Shown: positions 8,980 to 18,292 of the stretch, one piece after another
Numbering within the stretch: position 1 is the stretch's first letter
How the letters are laid out: each line of letters opens with the position of its first letter
Virus record (IMG/VR): IMGVR_UViG_3300049489_001113
Span: 1 to 64,000 of that record
Length of the DNA stretch: 64,000 bases
Strand: one strand, 5' to 3'
From: a virus
Made by a program: the position numbers and the translations under genes
The notes under the pieces: generated by a model
The model's input: the letters and a program-made list of their open reading frames with translations, nothing else
Told to the model about the DNA's origin: nothing
Database searches by the model: none

Positions 8980-9204
8980 ATGCACGACGACAACACCACG
9001 CTCCCGGCCTTCCCGAAGGGAAGCGACGGGGCGCAGCGCCGCAAGCGAGCCGACGACCTGCACGGCAACCGCCACCTGGTCACCTTCCGCGACGCGGAGG
9101 AGAGCCTCGTGACCTCAGCCGCCGACCACCTCGGCATGCCGCTCGCGGTCTTCCTGCGGAACTCGGCCATCGTCGCGGCCCGCAAAGCCTTGGAGGACAA
9201 GTAG
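8980..9204 (+). CDS. Ribbon-helix-helix-like DNA-binding protein (DUF1778/MobC-like)
   Basis: Strand LVTF, then EESLVTSAA..LGMPLAVFLRNSAIVAARK. Confidence 0.65.
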   Translation: MHDDNTTLPAFPKGSDGAQRRKRADDLHGNRHLVTFRDAEESLVTSAADHLGMPLAVFLRNSAIVAARKALEDK

Positions 9205-9432
9205 ATGAGCGACTTCCCCACCCGACCCACCACCGAACCCGGCCCCGCTCGACAGGGGCGCCCGCCTGCCCCACCCGAGGAGCGACGGAGCGAGATCCTC
9301 AAGGTGTCCCTCAAGCTGGACGAGCGTGCGCTCCTCGAGGAGGCCGCCTCTGAGTCCGGTATGCCGATCACCGTCTTCATCCGCAGCGCGGCCATCGTGG
9401 CTGCGCGCAAGCTCCTGGAGGAGGCCAAGTAG
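9205..9432 (+). CDS. Ribbon-helix-helix-like protein, paralogue of the preceding gene
   Basis: GRPP...RSEILKVSL..DERALLEEAA..SGMPITVFIRSAAIVAARK. Confidence 0.7.
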   Translation: MSDFPTRPTTEPGPARQGRPPAPPEERRSEILKVSLKLDERALLEEAASESGMPITVFIRSAAIVAARKLLEEAK

Positions 9433-10056
9433 ATGACCACCGCCCTGGATCCGAACTACGCCGACATCGTGACGGGCGCGCCCCCCGAGTTCTGGGAGCA
9501 GCTACCCCACGGTCCGACGCCGAGGCACCGCAGGCACGGCAAGATGGCCGCCCCCCTGTCGGCGCTCACCGATCCGGACTCGTTCGTCCGGGGTAGTGCG
9601 CTCACGCAGGCCGTCATCTTCGGCGGCCTCAGCTTCCTGTTCACGTCGTTCATGTGCGGCATCGGTGCCATCCCCGGCGCCATCTGGGGTCACCACTTCG
9701 GCATCCGGGTGGGCAACCACATGGTGGAGAACCTGTGGGACAAACTCCACGAGGAGCGCGCCAAGTTCCTCGCCCTCGAGGAGAAGGACCGCAAGCGGGC
9801 GGACCAAGCTCTGGTGCAGGCACAGCGCGAGCGTGCCCGCGCCGAGCGTGAGGCGGTCAAGGCGGCGAAGCAGGCGGAACGCGACCGCGTCGCGGCGGAG
9901 AAGCTCGACACCGAGGACCCGCTGTTCCACGGGCTGCTCGGCCTCGGCTACACGAGGGAAGAATGCCTGCCCGCCGTGCGTGCCACGAAGAGCGTGCCGG
10001 ACATGGGCGCCCGACTCCGTGGTGCCCTCAACCTGCTCGGCAAGAAGACCGCATGA
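9433..10056 (+). CDS. Membrane + coiled-coil protein with RuvA C-terminal-like domain
   Basis: Hydrophobic segment at about aa 58-90; C-terminus LLGLGYTREE...LRGALNLL. Confidence 0.65.
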   Translation: MTTALDPNYADIVTGAPPEFWEQLPHGPTPRHRRHGKMAAPLSALTDPDSFVRGSALTQAVIFGGLSFLFTSFMCGIGAIPGAIWGHHFGIRVGNHMVENLWDKLHEERAKFLALEEKDRKRADQALVQAQRERARAEREAVKAAKQAERDRVAAEKLDTEDPLFHGLLGLGYTREECLPAVRATKSVPDMGARLRGALNLLGKKTA

Positions 10057-10236
10057 CACCATGCCCCAAATATCGAGTGGGGGCGCACCGCCTTGACTGG
10101 ACGGACTGGAGAGTCGTGCTTCGCACGAACTGGTACATGGTGGCCCTGCTCTACGCAATCGCGATTGTCGTACGCGATCCTTGGGTCGCAGCGAATGTGG
10201 AAACCAAACCCAAACTGCCGTGAAGGGAAGACAGCC

Positions 10237-10725
10237 ATGTGCACAGAGAACAAACCCTGCATCCTCCACACGATGAGCACCGTCGCCGCCGCCATCGGCG
10301 GAAGACTCGTGCCCGTCGAGCACACACGCCTCGGCACCGTGCCAAAGATCGCGCGCGGTGTCACCATCGGGAAGGCGAAGATCTACGACCTCGAGATCGC
10401 GCTCGTCGAGACGAGCGAAGACCGCTGGTCCTTGCGTGCCACGGTGAGCATGCACGCGTTGACCATCTCCGACGCACGCGTCTCCACGGCGATGGCCAGC
10501 GAAATCGCCGACCTGCGCGACGGACTCAACCACTTCGAACTCCTCGTGGCGCAGCACAGCTCCGGCGTGGGGGGGCTGTGGTCCACGACCGAGATCCGCG
10601 AGACGATCGATGCGCGCCTGCGGGAGAACGCGGAGTTCGCGGCGCAGCTCGCGTCGCTGCTCGAGGAGGCGATGGGGCGGGGACACGGTCAGGTCCTCCC
10701 CTCCGGTGCCGTGGGTGAGGCATGA
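10237..10725 (+). CDS. Hypothetical protein
   Basis: RBS and coding codon usage. Confidence 0.6.
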   Translation: MCTENKPCILHTMSTVAAAIGGRLVPVEHTRLGTVPKIARGVTIGKAKIYDLEIALVETSEDRWSLRATVSMHALTISDARVSTAMASEIADLRDGLNHFELLVAQHSSGVGGLWSTTEIRETIDARLRENAEFAAQLASLLEEAMGRGHGQVLPSGAVGEA

Positions 10726-10979
10726 TCGCGCTTCTCGTGTCCCTCGCCGCGCATGCAAGCTGCACGGTGCGCAACGAGACGGAACTCCGCTTCGTGGTGA
10801 AGTCCGAGGACGGCATCCGCACCACGACCAACCAGGTCCTGCAGGCACACACGACGAGGTCCCTCGAGCCCGGCACCCTCACCTTCGTGTCCGGTCAGAT
10901 CGCGCTGCTCGCCCCGTGCGACGGGTCGCTCCGCATCGTGAGTAGGCAGGGCGCGATCGGAATCGAAGGCGGAGGGTGA
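10722..10979 (+). CDS. Hypothetical protein, possible signal peptide
   Basis: MIALLVSLAAHAS; ATGA overlap. Confidence 0.55.
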   Translation: MIALLVSLAAHASCTVRNETELRFVVKSEDGIRTTTNQVLQAHTTRSLEPGTLTFVSGQIALLAPCDGSLRIVSRQGAIGIEGGG

Positions 10980-11201
10980 ATGGATCAGTTCGAGGACAAG
11001 CTGCGCTTGAGTGTGGCGAGAGGCGTCGCCCGCACACTGTGGTCCGACTGTGAGAAGACGCGCCTCCAGGAGATCGAGATGAACGCTCGACTCGGCCACC
11101 CGCCCGACTACATGAGGGGCTCACTCGTCGTGCAGGTGCGGTGGGACAAGCTCCAACTGCTATGCGAGGCACTGCTCGGGGTGGACAGCGGCCATGGCTG
11201 A
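10980..11201 (+). CDS. Hypothetical protein
   Basis: GGAGG RBS; abuts the previous gene. Confidence 0.5.
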   Translation: MDQFEDKLRLSVARGVARTLWSDCEKTRLQEIEMNARLGHPPDYMRGSLVVQVRWDKLQLLCEALLGVDSGHG

Positions 11202-11478
11202 TCACGATCCAAAGTGCCACCTCCTCACGTACGGGGCTGGCCCCGGTGTCTGCGACTGCGGGCTGCAAGCACGGCTCGCGCAGGCGGCACATGATCGCTG
11301 CAAGCACCACTGGACAGTGACCAGCGAGTGCCCAAAGTGCCTACGTGAGGAGGTCGACAGACTGCGTGCACAGGTGGCACGCCTACAAGACGACGCGATG
11401 ATGGCGTGTGAGCAGCCACCACCCGACTGCGGTTGTTCGGGCTGCTCCTACGCACGAGAGGTTGGGGGCGCGCAGTGA
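11194..11478 (+). CDS. Small Cys-rich/coiled-coil protein
   Basis: CDCG, CPKC, CGCSGC. Confidence 0.55.
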   Translation: MADHDPKCHLLTYGAGPGVCDCGLQARLAQAAHDRCKHHWTVTSECPKCLREEVDRLRAQVARLQDDAMMACEQPPPDCGCSGCSYAREVGGAQ

Positions 11479-11714
11479 CCCTGCACATCTTCACGGCCGG
11501 CAAGCAGCCGGCCACCCGGTGGGTTGCCATCGACGGCACCCTCATCGAGTGGCCCGCCCACAGACTCGCGTACTGCACGTCGTGCGGACGCCGGCGGCGG
11601 CTCCGCAACATGTCGATCTGCGCCTACTACGACACGCTCCACCTCTCGTGCGCACCCGAGTGTGCACCCAAGAAGAGACGTTCACGTAGGCGGAAGCTCA
11701 AGACCCCACGCTGA
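11475..11714 (+). CDS. Small Cys-rich basic protein
   Basis: GTGA overlap; CTSC, CAPEC. Confidence 0.45.
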   Translation: MTLHIFTAGKQPATRWVAIDGTLIEWPAHRLAYCTSCGRRRRLRNMSICAYYDTLHLSCAPECAPKKRRSRRRKLKTPR

Positions 11715-12257
11715 CCACCCCGGTGTCCTGCGGCGGGCGAAGAGTTCCACCCGTGGGACGGGGCCGAGCAGCCCCTCGATGCGACGGCGCACCTCCTCCG
11801 GCTTCTCGGAGTGCGCACCCCTCGGCGCGAGCACGACCTGCCCCTGCGCCTCGGTGAGCAGAGGCAGCGGCCTGCCCCGCTTGCACGTGGTCCCCGCCAG
11901 CACCAGCTCCGTGGTCGGCTTCACGAGCGTGGGGCGCACGCCCTGCCCCTCGATGATCTTCCCGGCCTTGGTGGTCTTCACCCACACGTAGGCCACACCA
12001 CGGAAGTGTAGACCCCACGCCTTCATGACCTCGACCGCAGCGTCGAGGCGCGGGCACGTGGCCCACATGAAGAGCGCGCCGTTGGCGCCGAGCAGGTCTC
12101 GCACCGGCAGTGCCTTGAGCGCGTCATCCGACATCAGCTCGTAGTGCTTCCCTGCCGCCTGGTCCTTGTTGGGATCACCCCACATCATCCACGGCGGGTC
12201 GGCATACACGACGGAGAAGGTACCGGGCTCGAGCCCGTGGAAAGGCCAGGGGTTCAC
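11682..12257 (-). CDS. MT-A70 family adenine methyltransferase
   Basis: VVYADPPW, LFMWAT, WGL, WVKT, HSEKP, VELFARR..PGW. Confidence 0.92.
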   Translation of the reverse strand: MNPWPFHGLEPGTFSVVYADPPWMMWGDPNKDQAAGKHYELMSDDALKALPVRDLLGANGALFMWATCPRLDAAVEVMKAWGLHFRGVAYVWVKTTKAGKIIEGQGVRPTLVKPTTELVLAGTTCKRGRPLPLLTEAQGQVVLAPRGAHSEKPEEVRRRIEGLLGPVPRVELFARRRTPGWSAWGLELPPT

Positions 12258-12886
12258 AGGTGGATCTTCGACGCCGTTGGTTCGACCTGGTTCTGGTAGC
12301 GCCCGGCGTAGGGCGCAACCTCGCCGAGGGCCGTGGAGAAGGTGACCTGAAAGTAGCGGCCGCCTGGGTAGAGGATCACCGGCTCCACGACCGCAAGCTC
12401 GAGGGTCCACGTCCCGTTGAACCCGACGTCGCCGAGCCCGGCGGTCACGTGGCAGAAGACCCCCAGCCTCCCGAGCGAACTGCGCCCGGCTATGGCCGGC
12501 GCGCAGTCGGGAGAGAAGGTGCGCTCCCTCGTGCGCCCGATGTAGAGCACACCGGGCTTGAGCAACCAGCCACCCTCGCAGTCCCCAGCCTCGATCAGGG
12601 GTACCTCCACGAGGTCAGGTGGGAAACGGGAGTCGATGGCACCACCGTAGCTGCCCACTGACGCACGTTGCCCACGGAACTCCCGGATCAACCCACCGTC
12701 GTCGGCCGTCCACACCTTGTAGAGGCGCTCCTCCGCACCCTCACCCAAGCGTGCGTACCGCATGAGCGTGTCGCCCATGTGCAGGTCGTAGCTGTTGGGC
12801 CCGGCGAACTTCGGATCGAACGGATCGATCTCAAGCTGCCCAGCCTCGACGCGACGGACGATCTCCTTCCCTGTGAGGTACGCCAT
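12254..12886 (-). CDS. dcd: dCTP deaminase
   Basis: GPNSYDL, GRSSLGRLG, TAGLGDVGFNGTWTLE. Confidence 0.92.
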   Translation of the reverse strand: MAYLTGKEIVRRVEAGQLEIDPFDPKFAGPNSYDLHMGDTLMRYARLGEGAEERLYKVWTADDGGLIREFRGQRASVGSYGGAIDSRFPPDLVEVPLIEAGDCEGGWLLKPGVLYIGRTRERTFSPDCAPAIAGRSSLGRLGVFCHVTAGLGDVGFNGTWTLELAVVEPVILYPGGRYFQVTFSTALGEVAPYAGRYQNQVEPTASKIHL

Positions 12887-13224
12887 CAGACGCCCCCGAA
12901 CAGCTTGAGGACCACTTCCCTGTTCTCCGCCGCCTTCTCCCGTCCCTTCCGCGTGATCTTGTAGACCCTGCGTGTGCGCCCAGACTCGCCCGCCTTCGGC
13001 TGCCCGACGGACTCGATGAGTCCATCCTCCTCAAGGTGCGCGAGCGCGGGGTACATCGAACCCCACCGGGCCATCACCTTGTTGTTGGTGCGCTCCCGAA
13101 TGCTGTCGAGGAGGCGCTGGCCGTACGAGTCACCCTCGGCGTCGAGGAGGTGTAGGACCACCGCCGGGATCGTGACGGGGTTGGTGAGCACCGGCTTGCG
13201 TCGCACTTTGACCTTGGATGGCAT
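12886..13224 (-). CDS. PadR family transcriptional regulator
   Basis: SYG...GSMYPALAHLEEDGLIES...RRVYKITRKGR. Confidence 0.9.
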   Translation of the reverse strand: MPSKVKVRRKPVLTNPVTIPAVVLHLLDAEGDSYGQRLLDSIRERTNNKVMARWGSMYPALAHLEEDGLIESVGQPKAGESGRTRRVYKITRKGREKAAENREVVLKLFGGV

Positions 13225-13394
13225 GTCCCGAGTGTAGCATCAATCCTTGAGGCTGACTACCCTCGGGGAAGGGCACGACCGGTCCGCCCTCCCTGTCCGG
13301 GCACAGTGCGCACGGTCCGGGGGGCCAGTCACAGGGGGTACCATCACCTACGCACAGTGGATCGCCCCTCTCGTCTCGCGGCCGGAGATCCACC

Positions 13395-13715
13395 TCAGCC
13401 ACCCTCCAGAAGCAGCGCCAGCTTCTCCCGCTCGATCGCGCAGACGAGATGCGCAACGTCGGCCTCACCGATGCAGTGCGCCCGCAGCGTCTCGTGCGCG
13501 CTGGTTTGCCCGGCGAACACGAACCCCCGCAGGTACCCACTGCGGGCATCCTCGAGCAACCCCTCAAGCAGCTCGATCACGGCGGGCACCGGAGCGGACC
13601 GCACCTTGGAGAGAGCCACCGGCGGGGGCAACTCCTGCGGAGCGTCGTGCTTCACACGAACCTCGGCGGCGACGCGCCCAACTTCTTCAGCAGGCCACCG
13701 ATGAGCTGCCGCCAT
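13395..13715 (-). CDS. Hypothetical protein (start uncertain)
   Basis: LLEDARSGYLRGFVFAG; coding-like. Confidence 0.55.
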   Translation of the reverse strand: MAAAHRWPAEEVGRVAAEVRVKHDAPQELPPPVALSKVRSAPVPAVIELLEGLLEDARSGYLRGFVFAGQTSAHETLRAHCIGEADVAHLVCAIEREKLALLLEGG

Positions 13716-14101
13716 TCGCGGAGTCGACGACGACGGGGCTCGAGCCCGCCCTTCACGATGGCGTTCGCGATCACGTGGGGGATCGCCGCGGCGGCCACGT
13801 CGTTGAGGCCGTGGAACTGCACCACCATCTCCGGGTCACCGGAGAGGCGCCAGTACGCATGCTCAGGCCCGGTCGACTCCGGCACCGGGAAGATCTGAAG
13901 CTCGTGGGTGGCACCGGCGTAGACCCGCTGCCCACCGTTCGCGAGGCTCACGCACGCCACGCCGAAGGTCCCCTGCTCGAAGCTGATCCCCTTGAACCGC
14001 ACGAGCCAAGCGGACAGCCCGTACATCTGATCCATGCTCACGGGCGGCTGCTTCCGCATCCACGCCCGACCGAAGGTTCCACGGGTATCCGGCTCACGCA
14101 C
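13652..14101 (-). CDS. Hypothetical protein
   Basis: ORF within the operon with coding codon usage. Confidence 0.55.
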   Translation of the reverse strand: MREPDTRGTFGRAWMRKQPPVSMDQMYGLSAWLVRFKGISFEQGTFGVACVSLANGGQRVYAGATHELQIFPVPESTGPEHAYWRLSGDPEMVVQFHGLNDVAAAAIPHVIANAIVKGGLEPRRRRLREWRQLIGGLLKKLGASPPRFV

Positions 14102-14109
14102 AGCTCACC

Positions 14110-14573
14110 TCACTCGTCGCACGCTGGTACCTTGCCGTCGTCGAGGAGGCGACGCCACACGCCCTCGACGAGCGCGTTCTCCTCCACCCGCAGAGCACGC
14201 GCATTCTCTCGGGTGAGGCGCTCGCTGATCCTGACCTGCCGCCAGACGAGGAGGATCGCCTCCGCTGCGGCTTCCATGTTCTCGGTGTTGCACCGTGTCC
14301 CCGCCACCCACGAGCCGCCGTAGTCGCGGACCACGAGCGCCCCCGAGACGAGCGACACGGAGTAGCCGCGCCGCGCGAGATCCCACACCGCCACGAACCC
14401 GTCCGCGTGGGCGGGGTTGCACTTCCCCTGCTCCTCCCTCCGCTGCGTGTAGCAGTCCTGGCACACCGTGGTGTCGTGCTGCCGCGTGCTCAGGTCCGGG
14501 ATGAGTCCGGTCTCCACGCGGGACCACTGTTGACCGCAGCTCTCACACAGACGGATGACCCTCAAGACAGCAC
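14110..14573 (-). CDS. Zn-finger-containing hypothetical protein (start uncertain)
   Basis: CESC...CQDC. Confidence 0.5.
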
Positions 14574-14635
14574 CGCTGGGCCGGGGTGACCCGAAGGGAA
14601 AACGCGAAGGGCCGTAGGCCGGCGCAGCGGTGCCA

Positions 14636-16090
14636 TCAGGACTTGTCTCCGGGTTCGACCGGCACGGGCTCGGCGGTGCGGACCGTGCGGATGGGTGGTT
14701 CGATGTCGACGACGTCGATCGTGCGCACCGGGGTGGCGGCCCGCTCGACGACACCCTCGCGCGCGTTCGAGATCAGGGAACCGAAGACACGGGAGATCAC
14801 CCCCTGCCCCTTCGCCGTGACGGTGACCTCGGCGGTGGGGGTGGTCAGCTTCTGCAGGCTCTCGAGCAGGCCCATGAACATCTGGATGTTCTGCGACACG
14901 TCGCGGGTGAGGAACCCCCCGTTGAGCCGCTCCACCATGGCCGCGAACTGGACGCGGTCGAGCTGCAGCGCAAGCAGATCCTTGACCGCGGCCATCACGT
15001 CGTCGCGCCCCTCGATGGGGCGTAGCTGGCTGAGGGTACACTCCCCGCCGGGGCGGTAGACTGGGCACTTGTCGGACACGGCACACGAGTCGCAGTACCG
15101 ACCCACCTGCAGGGCCGGGGATGCCTGCCTGCTGTTGGTGAGATCCCCGGCGAACGTGCCGGTGTTCCCGCCGACGACGAGGGCCGTGCGGTTGGACTCG
15201 CGCCGCCGGGCGACAAGCTCCCGCTTCTCCTGGTCGGAGAGCCAGTAGGCGTTGCCCACCTGCGTCTCCATGTGCCTCTGGAGCTGCACCCACTGGAGTG
15301 CGTTCCAGCGGTCGACCGCCCACCCGTCGAGACGGCGGAGGTCGTCGCTCAGGTTGTACTTGTCGGCCTCCTCCCACACGTTGCGCCGCTCGAACTCGCG
15401 AAGGCGGAGCTGGTTCTTCGCGTCGGCGTCGCCGGCCTCCGGCTGAGGGAACACCTCGAGGCGCGTGGCCGCCATGTTCCAGAAGTAGATGTGCCCCCAC
15501 CGACCCCAGGCGGTCCACGTGGTTGAGTCGACGGCAAACCACGGAAGCTGAAGCACGGTGGCCCGGGTGACGCCGCGCCCGTACACACGGACGCCGACGT
15601 CCCGCAGAGCGGACAGGTTCTCACGGAAGAACTTCGAGTAGTACGAGTCGGCCTCGCCGGCGGTGAGGCCGATGTGCTTGTACGTCCCGTCGAGGATCTC
15701 GTCCTCGCCGTGGAACATCACGACCAGTCGGTCGAGGAGCCCAGCGTCCTTCCACCTGTTGCGCCACGCCCGGATCGTGTCGAGCTGCACGTAGGCGATC
15801 GGGTCGAACTCGACCCACACGTCGAGCTGTTCCTTGTGTCGGTCGACGAAGCGCACGTACCGTTCGAGGTAGTCCTCGAGGTTGTCGGCGTCATCACCGG
15901 AGACAGACTGGGCACCGGAGTCGAGCATGACCCAGGCGCCCGCCTGCTTGTAGGTGTTGAGCAGATCGTCGACCTCCCCCCTCTTGCGCCGCGCGAGCTG
16001 CGCGTAGGGCAGACACACCGCCCGCACACCGAGGGACGCGAGCGCGTCCGCCCAGTTCTGCCTCGCCATCGCCGAGAGAGCGACGAACAT
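14636..16090 (-). CDS. tRNA-guanine-transglycosylase-like TIM-barrel protein with C-terminal Cys4 domain
   Basis: VMLDSGAQS, VEFD, VMFH, FAVDSTTW..WGRWG; CDSC-x5-C-x8-C. Confidence 0.6.
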   Translation of the reverse strand: MFVALSAMARQNWADALASLGVRAVCLPYAQLARRKRGEVDDLLNTYKQAGAWVMLDSGAQSVSGDDADNLEDYLERYVRFVDRHKEQLDVWVEFDPIAYVQLDTIRAWRNRWKDAGLLDRLVVMFHGEDEILDGTYKHIGLTAGEADSYYSKFFRENLSALRDVGVRVYGRGVTRATVLQLPWFAVDSTTWTAWGRWGHIYFWNMAATRLEVFPQPEAGDADAKNQLRLREFERRNVWEEADKYNLSDDLRRLDGWAVDRWNALQWVQLQRHMETQVGNAYWLSDQEKRELVARRRESNRTALVVGGNTGTFAGDLTNSRQASPALQVGRYCDSCAVSDKCPVYRPGGECTLSQLRPIEGRDDVMAAVKDLLALQLDRVQFAAMVERLNGGFLTRDVSQNIQMFMGLLESLQKLTTPTAEVTVTAKGQGVISRVFGSLISNAREGVVERAATPVRTIDVVDIEPPIRTVRTAEPVPVEPGDKS

Positions 16091-16091
16091 G

Positions 16092-16397
16092 TCAGCCCGT
16101 CTTCCTCTGCTGCGCCTGAAGGACGGCAGCCTGTTGCATGACGGACGCCGCACGCATCTGCTGCGCGATCTGCATCTGCCGTCCGGTCACAGCCGCGGCG
16201 ACCTTCTGTACGAGCGCCTCGGTCGACGCCCGGTGCAACAGGTAGTCCACGTCGTGGACGTTCACGTCCCGCTTGGATTCTCCCGACTGCTTCACACGGA
16301 TGGTCCCGTCTTCGAGCATGTCGATGACGATGCCGAAAGCGACCTCCGGTGCCTTGGGCTGTGCGGTCTGCTGGTCCTGTTCGTTGGTCTGTTCCAC
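16092..16397 (-). CDS. Hypothetical protein
   Basis: AAGGGAG RBS; Gln-rich C-terminus. Confidence 0.6.
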   Translation of the reverse strand: MEQTNEQDQQTAQPKAPEVAFGIVIDMLEDGTIRVKQSGESKRDVNVHDVDYLLHRASTEALVQKVAAAVTGRQMQIAQQMRAASVMQQAAVLQAQQRKTG

Positions 16398-16409
16398 GTG
16401 TTCTCCCTT

Positions 16410-16691
16410 TCAGAAACGAAGGTGCGCCGGTGTCGAATACTTCCTGTGCAGAGCCATCTTCTCTGCCCATCTGGCCTGCGTGGCGGGCATGTCGCGGGTC
16501 GCCACACCGAGCCGGTTGACCGCCCGGCACACGGTGGCGACGCAGCATCCGATCCGGATGGCCCACTCCTCGGCGGTGAGATCCCCGGCCATCTCGAGCA
16601 GCACGGTATCCCACCCGTGATCGATGACGTAGGGTGCGCGCCCACCGGCGGACGGAATGAACCGGGGGAGCGGCCCACTACGCTTGCTCAT
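16410..16691 (-). CDS. Small HTH-like protein
   Basis: TAEEWAIRIGCCVATVCRAVNRLG. Confidence 0.55.
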   Translation of the reverse strand: MSKRSGPLPRFIPSAGGRAPYVIDHGWDTVLLEMAGDLTAEEWAIRIGCCVATVCRAVNRLGVATRDMPATQARWAEKMALHRKYSTPAHLRF

Positions 16692-17034
16692 CGATCACTC
16701 CGGGGCGGGGCACAGCCGCCGACAGCGAACGCACCAGGAAGTAGAACCGCACGAGCGTGCGCGTCTCGTTGTTGATCACCACGTCCTCGAACGTCGGTAC
16801 AAGGTGGACGTCCTTCCCGTGCCCAGCCGCCATCATGCGGGTGACGATGGCGGCCTTCACCGCCTGGCTGATGGCCCCGGCTCCCATGGCCCGGAGATCG
16901 ACGGAGTAGCCCTCCTGCACGAACTTCCACACGGCGCCCGCAAGACGACGGACCGGCGTGTCCCCTGAGACAGGAAGTGAGGCGGTCATCGTTCGCTTGT
17001 CGACGGCATTACCGCCGATCTGGGTCTTGCTCAT
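16678..17034 (-). CDS. spoVS: Stage V sporulation protein S (SpoVS) family
   Basis: LPVSGDTP..LAGAV...LRAMGAGAISQAVKA...VPTFEDVVINNETRT. Confidence 0.88.
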   Translation of the reverse strand: MSKTQIGGNAVDKRTMTASLPVSGDTPVRRLAGAVWKFVQEGYSVDLRAMGAGAISQAVKAAIVTRMMAAGHGKDVHLVPTFEDVVINNETRTLVRFYFLVRSLSAAVPRPGVIDEQA

Positions 17035-17543
17035 GTTGTGGCTCCCACATCTTTCCACGATCTACCTGACAACAACAGGTGCATGTTCCGATTGGACACA
17101 CCGTATATCTGTGCCAGTAGCGCACAACTCCACCCGAAGTCGCGCTGAAGGGCGCGCGCTGTGCGCACGTGCTGCACTGTCAGTTTTGCACTTGCCCCAG
17201 CCCGTCGGTACTGTCGCCCGCGGCTGACCTTGTCGTCCATGTTCCGCTGCTGAGTGCCAGCGTAAAGATGATCGAGGCGAACACAACCTGGGTTGTCACA
17301 ATGGTGCAGCGCATGCTCGCCCACCCCCAGCGGACGCCCAGCCAGCGCAAGTGCAACGTGCGTAGCAGGAACCATTCGCCCGGCACATGCGATCTTAGCG
17401 TACCCCCTGCTGTGCCCGCCTCTCCACAACCAGCATGGCGTGCCCATGTTCGGCGCAGTGGGACCGTTCCTGTCTACCTTCACCCAGAAGCGCTCCGCCA
17501 GATCGATCGGCACATCCACCACAGATAAGGAGCGAAGGGGCAT
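17031..17543 (-). CDS. HNH endonuclease
   Basis: RFWVKV...CWLWRG...GY...LHHCDNPGCVRLDHLYAGTQQRNMDD; C-terminal HTH. Confidence 0.9.
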   Translation of the reverse strand: MPLRSLSVVDVPIDLAERFWVKVDRNGPTAPNMGTPCWLWRGGHSRGYAKIACAGRMVPATHVALALAGRPLGVGEHALHHCDNPGCVRLDHLYAGTQQRNMDDKVSRGRQYRRAGASAKLTVQHVRTARALQRDFGWSCALLAQIYGVSNRNMHLLLSGRSWKDVGATT

Positions 17544-17551
17544 TGTGCGGC

Positions 17552-18106
17552 TCACGTGAAGTCGAGAGGTCTGTCGGGGGCCGTGTCGACCTTCCGTGCT
17601 CCTGGTGTGGTCGAGATCAGGGTCTTCACCCTGTCCGGCGACACCCTCGCGAAGAAGGTCTCGAGGCTCATAATCGCCCACCTCGGCGACGGCACGCAAA
17701 CCGGAACGTCGGTGAGCTGGGTCCACCCGAGCGCCACGAGGTCCTCCCCACGCAGGACGATGAGGGCCGGCACGCGGTTGCGGTGCAGCACCAGCATGGG
17801 ACGGAGCCCACTGTCCTTCGCGCGCTCCTCGATCTCGTCGATCCACTTCATCACCGGGCCGGTGCCCTCGAACAACTGCTCGAGATGCCAGTTCTCCCGG
17901 TTCCGGATCTCCACCTCGAAGGGCCACGGGTCGACGAACATCAGGTCACCGGCGAGGCGCCACTCCGGAGCATAGGCACCAGAGAGCGGAGTGCGCTGCA
18001 CCTGCCCGCCCCACCACGCGGCGAATAGGCGGGCACACTTCCGCTCGAACGTGACGCCTTTCCTCCTGGACATAGCGCCGCTTTTGCTGTCTCCCTTGGC
18101 CGCCAT
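17552..18106 (-). CDS. Holliday-junction resolvase-like PD-(D/E)XK nuclease
   Basis: SRRKGVTFER...RTPLSGA...GDL...VEIR. Confidence 0.8.
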   Translation of the reverse strand: MAAKGDSKSGAMSRRKGVTFERKCARLFAAWWGGQVQRTPLSGAYAPEWRLAGDLMFVDPWPFEVEIRNRENWHLEQLFEGTGPVMKWIDEIEERAKDSGLRPMLVLHRNRVPALIVLRGEDLVALGWTQLTDVPVCVPSPRWAIMSLETFFARVSPDRVKTLISTTPGARKVDTAPDRPLDFT

Positions 18107-18292
18107 CTACTTCTCCCCGACGGCGCGGGCTTCGAGCTGCCCCCGCACGTTCTCAAGTTCGGCGTCGAGCATCACGATCTGCGACTCGAGTTCGTGTCCC
18201 TGCAACCGCAGGGACTCGAGCTGTAGCCGCATCGCGTGCCGCTTCCGCATCAGATCGGTGTGCTTCTTGTCGAGCGGAGTATCGGCGCTCAC
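18107..18292 (-). CDS. Small coiled-coil protein
   Basis: Heptad pattern; GTGA overlap. Confidence 0.5.
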   Translation of the reverse strand: MSADTPLDKKHTDLMRKRHAMRLQLESLRLQGHELESQIVMLDAELENVRGQLEARAVGEK

